In this document: piece by piece, positions 25,094-36,328 of the stretch
How the letters are laid out: every line of letters begins with the position of its first letter
Position numbering within the stretch: position 1 is the first letter of the stretch
DNA from: Macrostomum lignano
Lineage: Eukaryota
Reading direction: 5' to 3'
Length of the DNA stretch: 64,000 nucleotides
NCBI GenBank assembly: GCA_002269645.1
Contig: NIVC01001698.1
Location: 184,635-248,634, forward strand
Notes under the pieces: generated by a model
Told to the model about the DNA's origin: nothing
Databases searched by the model: none
Seen by the model: the letters and a program-made list of their open reading frames with translations, nothing else
Translations under genes and position numbers: made by a program

Positions 25094-26150
25094 CAATCCA
25101 GGTGTTTTTCAAACGTCCATGGCTAACGCTACGGAGTTTAGTCAACACTACTATCAGTAGTATTTGAGTTCAATCCAGGTGTTTTATTTTTCAAACGTCC
25201 ATGGCTAACGCTACGGAGTTGAGTTAAAACTACTATCAGTAGTATTTAAAATCAATCCAGGTGTTTTATTTTTCAAACGTCCATGGCTAACGCTACGGAG
25301 TTGAGTTAAAACTACTATCAGTAGTATTTAAAATCAATCCAGGTGTTTTATTTTTCAAACGTCCATGGCTAACGCTACGGAGTTGAGTTAAAACTACTAT
25401 TAGTAGTATTTGAGTTCAATCCAGGTGTTTTATTTTTCAAACGTCCATGGCTAACGCTACGGAGTTGAGTTAAAACTACTATCAGTAGTATTTGAGTTCA
25501 ATCCAGGTGTTTTATTTTTCAAACGTCCATGGCTAACGCTACGGAGTTGAGTTAAAACTACTATCAGTAGTATTTAAAATCAATCCAGGTGTTTTATTTT
25601 TCAAACGTCCATGGCTAACGCTACGGAGTTGAGTTAAAACTACTATCAGTAGTATTTGAGTTCAATCCAGGTGTTTTATTTTTCAAACGTCCATGGCTAA
25701 CGCTACGGAGTTGAGTTAAAACTACTATTAGTAGTATTTGAGTTCAATCCAGATGTTTTATTTTTCAAACCTCCATGGATAACGCTACGGAGTTGAGTTA
25801 AAACTACTATCAGTAGTATTTAAAATCAATCCAGGTGTTTTATTTTTCAAACGTCCATGGCTGACGCTACGGAGTTGAGTTAAAACTACTATTAGTAGTA
25901 TTTGAGTTCAATCCAGATGTTTTATTTTTCAAACCTCCATGGATAACGCTACGGAGTTGAGTTAAAACTACTATCAGTAGTATTTAAAATCAATCCAGGT
26001 GTTTTATTTTTCAAACGTCCATGGCTGACGCTACGGAGTTGAGTTAAAACTACTATTAGTAGTATTTGAGTTCAATCCAGGTGTTTTATTTTTCAAACCT
26101 CCATGGATAACGCTCCGGAGTTGAGTTAAAACTACTATTAGTAGTACTTG
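25094..26150. repeat. 82-bp tandem satellite, 13 copies, immediately 3' of the JmjC-like gene
   Basis: CAATCC recurs at 25094, then every 82 bp from 25171 to 26073. Each full unit carries TTTATT (AATAAA on minus). Confidence 0.95.
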
Positions 26151-26209
26151 AGTCAATACTACATAGCTACTTGTGCAGGCAGCCTCCAGTTGCGAAGGCA
26201 TCAGTAGTC

Positions 26210-29200
26210 TCAGTCGAACTCGGCCCCGATGGCGATGCTCATGTCGCCATCCAGAATCCTGGTGCCGTGGTACCACAGCGTGGTGTCCAGCGCGATGACC
26301 TGGCCGGGCTCCACAACCACGCTGATTGGCTGGCACTGGTACGAGCACTCCAGCGGCGGCATCAGGTCCCAGCGCTTGCGGCCGCGCACCTGCGCCTGCC
26401 AGGACACGTGGCCGACATCGTCCACGTGCATGTGGGCGCCGTAGTTCGGCGAGCCCATGAACACCCAGTCGGTGCCGAGGGTCTCGGACTCGCGGGGCAG
26501 GAAGTACGGCCGGGAATAGTAGGAGCGGAGGATGGCGGCCACCCTTGGCGAGCAGTTGGACCAGCCGACGTACCTGCAGTGCGGCAGACAGTTGATTAAG
26601 AACAGATCAGTTTCAATTAGAATCAACTCCATCAATACTCCGTTTCCTGTCTGAAGTCTCCTCCGCATTGAAGAAAATCGTTTCCGGGGGAAGGAGAACT
26701 GATGGCAGAAAACTTAACTGATATTGACTTGCAGATTCGCATTGACTAAGCGAGGGTACCAGGGACCATTCCGCCCCTGACCAGTCCAGGAGACTGTGAG
26801 GCGGCCAATGACCATTTCATCCCTGACCAGTCCAAGAGACTGTGTGGCGGCCAAGGACCATTCCGCCCCCGAGTAGTCCAGGTGACTCTAGGGGCGGCCA
26901 ATGAAGATTCCGCCCCAGACCAGTTCAGGAGACTGTGGGGCGGCCAAGGACCATTCTGTCTCAAGCAGTCCAGGAGACTGTAGGAGGCGGCCAAGGACGA
27001 TTCCGCCCCCAAGCAGTCCAGGAGACTGTAGGAGGCGGCCAAGGACGATTCCGCCCCCGAGCAGTCCAGGTGACTCTAGGGGCGGCCAAGGACCACTCCG
27101 CCCCAAGCAGTCCAGGAGATTCTGAGGCGGGGGGGGGGCAAGGACCGTTCCTTCCCTACCCCGCCCATCAGATAAGCTAGCTAGCCCGCAGTTCATATGC
27201 CGCATAAACCCAGACCAAAGCCCCTCACCAAGGCTTGAACCCGGGCTCCATGCGGGCCTGCGCCTCTGGCATAGCGAACACCTGGCCCAAATTGGCGAAC
27301 TCGGATTTGTATGGGAAGAACTGGCAGTGCTCCTCCTCGGCCGAGGCCGGGCTGTACAGACTGCGGAAGAAGTCGAAGTTCATGTGGTTCAGCTGCCAGC
27401 CGCGGGAACCATCGGTGACAACGACGGGCACGCGAGCGTCGACGAATTCGCGCTGGAATTCGGCAGGGTCCAGGTTGGACCTGCGCGGCACCGCAGTGAG
27501 GTTGCGGCAGAAATTGCAGTCGGGCACAACCGGCCTCAGCAACTGCATAGTAATCGCCTCAGGCAGCAGCGTGGTGGGGCTCACCTGCCAGGTGTTGTAT
27601 TTTATACTGTTCAGCTTGCTTCAATTAAATGCCTCCGCCATCCTTGACCCCCGTGTCCTCCCTTCTCCACCCATTCATGTCCTCCCTTCTCCGCCCATTC
27701 ATTTCCTCCCTTCTCCGCCCATTCATGTCCTCCCTTCTCCGCCCATTCATGTCCTCCCTTCTCCGCCCATTCATGTCCTCCCTTCTCCGCCCATTCATGT
27801 CCTCCCTTCTCCGCCCATTCATGTCCTCCCTTTTCCGCCCATTCATGTCCTCCCTTCTCCGCCCATTCATGTCCTCCCTTCTCTGCCCCTCCGTGTCCTC
27901 CCTTCTCCGCCCATTCATGTCCTCCCTTCTCCGCCCATTCATGTCCTCCCTTCTCCGCCCATTCATGTCCTCCCTTCTCTGCCCCTCCGTGTCCTCCCTT
28001 CTCCGCCCATTCATGTCCTCCCTTCTCCGCCCATTCATGTCCTCCCTTCTCCGCCCATTCATGTCCTCCCTTCTCCGCCCATTCATGTCCTCCCTTCTCC
28101 GCCCATTCATGTCCTCCCTTCTCCGCCCATTCATGTCCTCCCTTCTCCGCCCATTCATGTCCTCCCTTCTCCGCCCATTCATGTCCTCCCTTCTCCGCCC
28201 ATTCATGTCCTCCCTTCTCCGCCCATTCATGTCCTCCCTTCTCCGCCCATTCATGTCCTCCCTTCTCCGCCCATTCATGTCCTCCCTTCTCCACCCATTC
28301 ATGTCCTCCCTTCTCCGCCCATTCATGTCCTCCCCTCTCCGCCCCTCCGTGTCCTCCCTTCTCCGCCCATTCATGTCCTCCCCTCTCCGCCCCTCCGTGT
28401 CCTCCCTTCTCCGCCCCTCCGTGTCCTCCCTTCTCTGCTCCTCCGTGTCCTCCCTTCTCCGCCCATTAATGTCCTTCCTTCTCTGCCCCTCCGTGTCCTC
28501 CCTTCTCCGCCCATTCATGTCCTCCCCTCTCCGCCCCTCCGTGTCCTCCCTTCTCCGCCCCTCCGTGTCCTCCCTTCTCTGCTCCTCCGTGTCCTCCCTT
28601 CTCCGCCCATTAATGTCCTTCCTTCTCTGCCCCTCCGTGTCCTCCCTTCTCCGCCCATTCATGTCCTCCCTTTTCCGCCCATTCATGTCCTCCCTTCTCC
28701 GCCCATTCATGTCCTCCCTTCTCCGCCCCTCCGTGTCTTCCCTTCTTCGCTCCTTCGTGTCCTCCCTTCTCCACCCCCGTGTCCTCTCTTCTCCGCCCCT
28801 CCGTCTCCTCCCTTCTCTGCCCCTCCGTATCCTCACTTCTCCGCTCCTCCTGTCCTCCCTTCTCCGCCCCTTTTCAAATATCAGCCCCACAATCTGCATC
28901 CCAGACTTCTCACCAGACACGCCTGGTCCATCGGCAGGCGCAGCAGCTGGCTGCCGATGAAGCCGATAACGGGCTCCAGCTGGCTGGCCAGCTCCGGCCG
29001 CAGCATCGGCACCAGCAGCAGCACCAGGAAGGCCAGCGCCACCATAGAGGCAACCAGTATGACAAACAGGAAGCCGATGAAACAGTAGCAGCCAGCGGTT
29101 CGAACCCGAGACCTCCAGTTGTGCAGGCGGGCAAGCGCGGGGTCCAGCTCGGCCAGCAGCTGCCACTGGTCATCATTCAACGGTCGGGCCAGCAGCGCCT

Positions 29201-29243
29201 CCAGCAGGCGGGCGGATTCGGTGGGCGCCTCTTTGCCATCCAT
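26210..29243 (-). CDS. N-terminally membrane-anchored cupin-like/JmjC-domain protein, 349 aa, 3 exons
   Basis: Exons 29243-28914, 27584-27229, 26573-26210 (1050 nt, phases 0 and 2). Hydrophobic segment CYCFIGFLFVILVASMVALAFLVLLLV; PVVVTD; GAHMHVD (HxD); SWQAQVRGRKRW; WYHGT (distal His). Confidence 0.85.
26755..27125. repeat. Degenerate ~49-bp tandem repeat, JmjC intron 2
   Basis: GCGGCCAAGGAC(C/G)ATTCCGCCCC..AGTCCAGGAGACTGT units. Confidence 0.85.
27645..28865. repeat. 24-bp minisatellite CCCTTCTCCGCCCATTCATGTCCT, JmjC intron 1
   Basis: About 50 copies; source of several spurious long ORFs. Confidence 0.97.
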
Positions 29244-29954
29244 AACGGAGGAACAAGGGATGGGGGAAGGCTGGGGAGCTGCGGAGACGTTCGGACTCTT
29301 GGAGCTGCTTTTGCTGAAAGCAAGAGCGGAGGGAAACTGGATGAGCACCAATTTAAATGGAAAGCAAAAGGCGAGAGACGAGGTTGGCTGCAGATGCCGC
29401 ATTGCCCAACCCCAGGCCAAGCGAGCAGCCACTCTCAGCCAAGCCAACCGGCTTATCAGTAAAAATGGGATGCCAGCAGGCGGCTCTGGCGTTAGCGTGA
29501 CGAATGAGCTTTCACCCACTCGTGCTCGAAGGCCTATCGTTCAGAGAACAACTCGAATCGGGATAGCAGGGCGGCTGGGGCTCAAATCTCAGTGGCAAAT
29601 ATTCATCTGCAAACTCCTAATTAAAAACTGGGACTCCCCTGCCTGATGAAAACGGTACCCAGGCCAAGAAGCGTCCTAGAGTCACTTGCGTCGCCCAGTC
29701 ATCGTAGGTAACACAGGTAAAATAGGAAAGATGACTCTAGACGACTCTAAAACGACAAGATGTCACGGTTACACAATAGAAGTCGTCAAAAGTTGTTAAA
29801 GAGTCGCCCAAGAGTAAATTTGAGGCATTTGATTGTCTGCGACTCTGAAACGACTCTGGATTGACACAAGTGATTTTGACTCTGGGACCATCGAGTTTTA
29901 CCTGAGGCATGCTGGAGTCGCTGTTGAGTCACTGAGTTGCGTCTAAAGCGCATC

Positions 29955-30740
29955 TGGCTCATTCCATATAAGATGGACATATTTGGAAAATAGAAAAAAG
30001 TCAATATTTTTGCTTGCCATTGCCTAATTAGCCTATTTTTTTACCAAATGTTTATATTGTGCAATATATACAATCTAAGAATAAAGGAATGGTAAAATGT
30101 TGGATTAGTATGTTATCAATTGGCAAAGTCATTTTTGTAAAAATTTGGACATTTTTCGAAGCAAAAGACATCATTAAGATTTTGTACCTTTTAAAAACAA
30201 ATAGAAAGCTTTTGAAGGTTGAAACAAACTATAGATAAAAGTATAGTACTTGCATCATCAGATAAAAGCATTGGTGACCAAATAATCTATTATATTTCTA
30301 ATGTATTAGTACCTCAAAGTTACTGAATTGACAGAAAAAAATATGTTACGACCATAATGTTACGACCATAAGGCTGCCTTTTCTTTTGTATCTTTGTTGC
30401 CTTTTGAGTTTATATATTCTAATAAAAGAGTATGATTTCTAAAGATGTTCTTAGTCAAATTTTAAAAATGTATTGCAAAATATCAAAAATGAAAAATGTT
30501 ATAAGACTTTTACCTTTTAGTTTCTATATGTCAAAAATCCTGTTGTTACAACCATAAGTGTCATTTAAGGTTTAATAGCATCTATACTAATGATGATATC
30601 TATATGAAACTCTATAAATATATTCTAGACAAAATAATCTTTCATTTAAAATATTGGTTTAGTATATTCTATTATTAGATTTCATTTTATAAGTAAAAAT
30701 AACCTGTCATGTTACGACCATGCTTATATGGAATGAGCCA
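29955..30740. mobile_element. MITE, about 786 bp, unclassified
   Basis: Perfect 18-bp TIR TGGCTCATTCCATATAAG (29955-29972) / CTTATATGGAATGAGCCA (30723-30740). Internal GTTAC(G/A)ACCAT motifs at about 30347, 30359, 30546 and 30711. TC flanks both ends, but the TSD is uncertain. Confidence 0.7.
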
Positions 30741-30930
30741 TCTGCATCACTTTATCAGTAACACGACGGATGGCCTGCATAGCAGGCCATAGAGCCTTTC
30801 CACTCAAAACTGTTCTTTATGCCGTGCAGTCTGTGGGTAAATTGATGTCAACTCAAGCTCGCTATTCCAGACTGCTAATTCTGCTGAGCCGAACGATTGA
30901 CCATAGATATCTGTGTGGCACTGCAGTTAA

Positions 30931-33601
30931 GGACTGATGACCTGCATGGCAGGCCATCCGCTAATTCAGCAGAAGCAAAGACACGGTATTACGGTGTAGT
31001 TCAGATAATTTTATTTATGGAAGAGAACAAACCGTTATTAAAGTGAATATTTTTTACTTCTTACTCAGTCTGACAAATAGCAAAAAGAACCCGCGGTTTC
31101 AACAAGAAGAACTTTACAAATTTGTTAAAATACGAGTACGCCGAGGCTTCAACAGAAATGAGTAGAAACGAGTATAAACTTTCAGGAATTTACCACGTCA
31201 ATTACTGAGAAGAAAACTGTTGATTAATAAGTTCAATGGGCCTAAGTACAGGGATATAATTTATCATACCATCAAAATATAAAAGAGATTTATACACGAA
31301 AGCAATTGAATCCACATATAGAGTTAATTCAATTGTGCTATTTTCAATTTATTTATTATTTGCCAATGCATTTGTTCCACAATGGACATCTCCAGGTCTT
31401 CATTAATACTCGTAATTTAATAGTCAGAAAACGATTCAGCACAATTGAATTTATTTTATATGTTGATTCTCGCTTTCGTTTATCTACTTTTTTTTCAAGC
31501 GAGCTACTTTACCTAAAAGCGATTTAAACAACAGATTATGGCAGAAATTTCAACTCAATGTATCAAGTTTTTTTAATGTGAGTTAGAATTAACAAAGGCA
31601 GAATTAGTTCTCCGTGTGCCACTCACGAAAGCATTCACCAATGCACAGTCCGGGTGACCCTTGGCAGCTGGAGCAGACAAAGACTGTCTTTTTCTGAACA
31701 CCATTTTGCCAGCAGACTCTGCATCTTTTGGCAGGTCTTTCTTGAGCTGCTGTCGCTGGGAGACGCTGAGCGTAGTGGCCATTGTTCTGCTGTGCCGGTT
31801 CATTCACAGGAGCAGCCCGTTTTCTGCCAGTACCAGAGTTGATCATTAGCTGACGCACAGTTGTGCGCAGAAATGAGAGAAATTTAGCGGACCCACCAGC
31901 CTTCGAATACAAAATCTAGCAATTGTGTACCCCCTGAAGTAGCAGGTGAAAACCTAGGCGGTGAAACCAACGGTAAGTCTTACGACAGGCCAAGTACGGC
32001 TGCAGAGAACCATCCAGCCTGTCCACTCCGCCCATGTTCTTGGAGTAAACAACAGCCGTAATCGGCTTTGTCACCACCTCCTGCTGACCGCCACGTCGAA
32101 TTCGGGTGATCTCGGCGGTACCAGCAATGCTCTTGGTGTCGATGAAGTTAACCGTCTTAACTCCACTTTGCTTTCGATCAACAAGCTTCACAGCAAGCAG
32201 GCCCTCTTTTCGAGCAAATGCACATGAGTTGGCAGGAAGAGCCAGCTGCCGTAGACAGTCGGGGATCCCGCGATCTTGTCAAACTGTGCCCGTCAGAAAT
32301 GTGGATTTAGACAGCAGGAACTCGGCCAGTCGAGCCGAAGTAAACCAGCTGTCCGTGAACAGGTGGTAGCCAAGGTTTAAAATCTGGCTGCTCAACTCAA
32401 CCACAATGCGCTCGCTGATAGAAAGGTGGTCACACTCCAGCCCTTGTCCAAATTTCCTGTTTTCCGCATCTGTACTGTGGATTAAAAAGTTCCACATGTA
32501 CCCTGTCTGGGATTCACATAGACAGTACATTTTGATGCCAAACTTGTTTCGCTTGCTTGGTATGTACTGACGAAAAATCAGGCGTCCTTTGTACAGCACT
32601 AGCGATTCGTCAATGCAGATGTTTTGCTCTGGCAAATAAGTATTCTGCATTCCCAGCTGCACAATTCTAAGAAACGGTCGAATCTTTCTTAGAGGGTCGT
32701 TCAAGTCTGCAATTGCGGTGCAGTCGTAGAAGCGCAGGAAGTGCATGATCTGTTTATATCGATCTCTTGACAGGCTTGAAGGCTGCTGCATGAAAGGGCA
32801 CTGGTCGAATGGGTCCGTAGACCAGTAAAGGTGCAATTCCAGCTTCTTGCTCAGCCCCATGAAAAAGTTGGTCGCTATCACCTTCCTGATCTCGTTCAAT
32901 GTGCAATTCTTCCAAGTCTTCAAGATTGGTGGCAACTCAGCTGGCTCACCTCCTTCAGCTTGAAACCTTTCTAATTCAAACCAAGCTTTCTTGTTGGTCC
33001 ACTCGCACAGCTTGTTCATCAGCGCATCAGTTAAAAATAGGTCGAAAAACCATTGAATATTGTTGTCTGGATCAGCTGGCGCCACCAAATCTGGGTGCAG
33101 GCCAGAGGTCGCCATGAATTCCGAATCTGGCTCCTGCAAACCATTCTCTCCTGGTACGACGCGTTGCCAGCCACCTATTTCTTCATCCACGGATGCACTG
33201 TCTAGATCGGAGGCCTCATCGGACGAGTCAGTAGTGGAATCGCTGCTATCTTGATCCTCGTCATCAGACATCAGCTGCTCAAAATCTGGCTCTTCGTTGA
33301 GTGATGCCATGAAAACTGCTCGTATTCTGTATGCCAACTCTTACAAAATCCAAACTCTTATGCTAGGTTTTTTACAGTGACTTTCCTAACCACATTCATA
33401 AGATGTCATAAGACTCCAGGTCTTTAGCGGACAGTCAAACCAACTGTCTATGACATAACTTTAAAGTTATTCAACCTGTCAACGCAGTGACAACTTCCAG
33501 TACAATTTTTCAGTCAGGAGCTGTGACACTGAGTACAAACACGCCCATAGACAATATCGTAGTTGCCTGCAGCCATGGCCTGCATAGCAGGCCATCCGTC
33601 T
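30931..33601 (-). mobile_element. piggyBac DNA transposon, about 2.67 kb, TTAA-flanked
   Basis: TTAA at 30927-30930 and 33602-33605. Imperfect TIRs GGACTGATGACCTGCATGGCAGGCCAT vs AGACGGATGGCCTGCTATGCAGGCCAT (about 21/27 match) enclose the transposase. Confidence 0.85.
31604..33310 (-). pseudogene. piggyBac transposase (568 codons) with two in-frame stops and no frameshift
   Basis: ORFs 33337-32279, 32191-31916 and 31912-31604 share one frame. Catalytic Ds in IDESLV, FTDSWF, MGGVDRLD; C-terminal Cys-rich CRVC..CSSC..C..C..WH. Stops: TGA at 32281-32279, TAG at 31918-31916. Confidence 0.9.
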
Positions 33602-33812
33602 TTAAGTGAGGAGATCAGAAGGTTTACAAAACTTAGAAAATTTTCTATGGCCTGCTATGCAGGCCACCCGTTCGCAATTGAGATGATATGTTTTCAATTC
33701 GTCAGGAAGAGGTTATGAATTAGACTAAGTAGAAATCAGTCTTCTTGAGTTAGTAGAAAATAACATGGCTGTTAGACAACTCTTATAATTCTACAACTCA
33801 GGTGATGTTCTC

Positions 33813-34454
33813 TAGTGTTCCGCCATAGCCGTAGCTACAGCTACGGGATCCTACAGCAAATACAGTAAAATAGGTGCCTATGGCAGCTACGGATATGCCT
33901 ATGGTAGGTAGCTGCTCTTACAGCTACAACTACAGAAATATGGTACTTGTTGTCACATTCTGTAGATTCCTGTAGCCATAGTTATTCATGTTAAAACATT
34001 GAAAAAATATTAGAAACAGGTAGAGTAAAACAAAGATACTTTTAGTAAACTGTATTATCAACTTAGAAACTTTTAAAATATACCTTAAAAAGTACAATAA
34101 AGCACTAGCAAACTCTAATTTTTTTATGTGAAAAAGTTTAGCATTAGTACTTTCAGTAACAATTAAGTATTGTTGCTTTAAAAAAAGACAAAATATAATC
34201 TTACAAAGGCAATTGAGTGTTTCTTTTATTTTCTAACTTAATTTGCAGTTGTTTAAGCACCAGGTTATCTTCTTGATTAAAAATATTTTGTTTTCTAGAC
34301 TTTTTGTTAAAACTACGGCAATGGCTATGGGAACTACGGGAATATGGTAATATTAGGGTCCCTACAGCTACAGAATACGGAGAATTGGAATAAGCCGTAG
34401 TTTTGCTTACAGCTACGGCTACGGTACATAGACCCTCCTTATGGTGGAACACTA
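33813..34454. mobile_element. hAT-superfamily MITE, 642 bp
   Basis: TIR TAGTGTTCC(G/A)CCATA; exact 8-bp TSD ATGTTCTC at 33805-33812 and 34455-34462; subterminal TACAGCTACGG/CCGTAGCT repeats. Confidence 0.9.
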
Positions 34455-34634
34455 ATGTTCTCATGACTCAAAAGTTGCCTTTCAATCATATTATAGTTGT
34501 TTAAGTCATTAAAAAGCTACAAGTCACCCTAGCATTGCTAGAGCCATTAGTGAGTTGTTTGCAATGACTATTGATTCTTGTCATGGTAATGTTTTCAATG
34601 GTCTTGAAGCCTATCTGAGACTTTTTAAATAACT

Positions 34635-34925
34635 GTCGACTTATAACTTAAAGGTTAGGGGTTCAATTCATGCCCCAATTGGAACAATTTGTGTCCTTAA
34701 GCAAGAAACTTGACTCTGAATTGTTTTAGCTCACCTAGCTATAAAATGGATGCCAGCATTAGCTGGGTAATTGAGGGTATATGTGGTGACCCCCTAGTCC
34801 TTAGACTAAATAGCCAAAGGTAGCCTTTAGATACATTGCGCAATAGCTGCTGCTAAGCTTTTGGTTGAACATCTGCCTAATTAGGGCCTAGGGCAAGTGT
34901 ATTAAATGATTATTAATATTATTGA
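34635..34925 (+). mobile_element. CORE-SINE copy, heavily C->T / G->A mutated
   Basis: Aligns end to end with the reverse complements of 40918-41215 and 43195-43496. Confidence 0.85.
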
Positions 34926-36328
34926 CTACAATAGCAAAAAATAAAAGCTATAAAGGAATTTATATTAGTCTGGAGCCATCAAAGAGTGAATAGGCAAATG
35001 AGTGTTTAGAGATACCAAAATGAAAGATGCCATTATAAATAGATAAATCTAGGATAAGTAGACCTTGAACTAAAAGATTACCAAGTAAGACAAAAAATAA
35101 AGAAAATTTAATCATAGTAGCTAAAATAATTTAGGAAAGAGAAGCCAATATTGGGCAATGAAGGACAATCACTATTATATGAGACTTGGATAGATTATAA
35201 ATACTTGTATATGGCAATATCAAAAATTTAAGTCTAAGAGTATGCTTCAATAACTAAATTGTTACCAAACTAATAATTGACACAAAATATGCCAAAAAGC
35301 CCTAGTAGCCTAGCTTTGCTGCTTAGGTTTAGAGAGTAGAAAGTTATGGCTAGAGTTGGATTAGAGCTACCACTTGTTTATGACTAGTTTTGGATTAAAA
35401 GCTTTAATATAATTGCTTAAGTATACTTATTGCCAATATATAGGGTATAGATAATTATATATCATTTTAAATTATATTTTAAAATAATGAATAAGACAAT
35501 GTTTGATAATTAATATAATAGATACTATGCATATACATAAGCTTTTTATCATTTTTATGAGGTAATAATGAGGCCATATTAATGTAAGACAATCTTATAA
35601 ATTATATTTAGTTTTAGGCTTATATCTAAAAATCTATTTTTTTTCAATGAAATATTTTAAAGTAAGGATTATTTTATTAAATATTTTTAACATTTATAAG
35701 AGCTTCATAGGCCTAAGTGCCTTTTTAATTTTGATTATAACCATCTAATATAGAGCCCTGTCTGATAAAGCCTATGAAAATAATATATTTATTAATATTG
35801 ATTATTTCCGATTTTAAAAATAACAACAGGCCTACAAAAGTACTATAGTCTAGAGATAGGCCTATAAAGAAAAAAAACTAAAAAATTATATCAATGCATA
35901 CATTAAAAAGGCATAAAAATTGGTTAGAGTTAGAGAGACCTATAAGCATTATATTGAAAATATTTGTATACAGGTACAAAACTAACTTTTTGGTTTAAAA
36001 TGATCAATAGTGCCCTAAGCCATAAGTCTTTAACTTATGCCTACAAAGGCTAAATGGACAAAAATGTACTACAAAAGTCTTACAATTTTAGAATACAAAA
36101 AGTTTTATAACATTTCATTACATGACAAATTGTCAAAAGTAAGGCATCCTCTTTTTTTAAATACCTGCACCCGGGCCTGCAGCAATGACCACGCGACTGG
36201 GCGGGCCGAGGTGGTGACGCCCGCAGACGGGAAACTTTACAAGAAGCCAGCAGTAAAACAAAAAATTGACTCAGAATTTGAAATATTGAAAATTACTAAC
36301 TACAAAGAATAATTTAAGTGGCGCACCC

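Noticed and set aside
27235-29166. ORFs of 617, 513, 443 and 227 aa over the 24-bp array
   Set aside because: The unit length is a multiple of 3 with few stops, so frames stay open; the array is intron 1 of the JmjC gene.
4794-32281. Stop-codon reassignment suggested by in-frame TAG/TGA in anoctamin and piggyBac
   Set aside because: Intact genes in the window terminate normally at TGA (HMBS, SCP2, SDR), TAG (SLCO) and TAA (EGF-TM), so the standard code applies.
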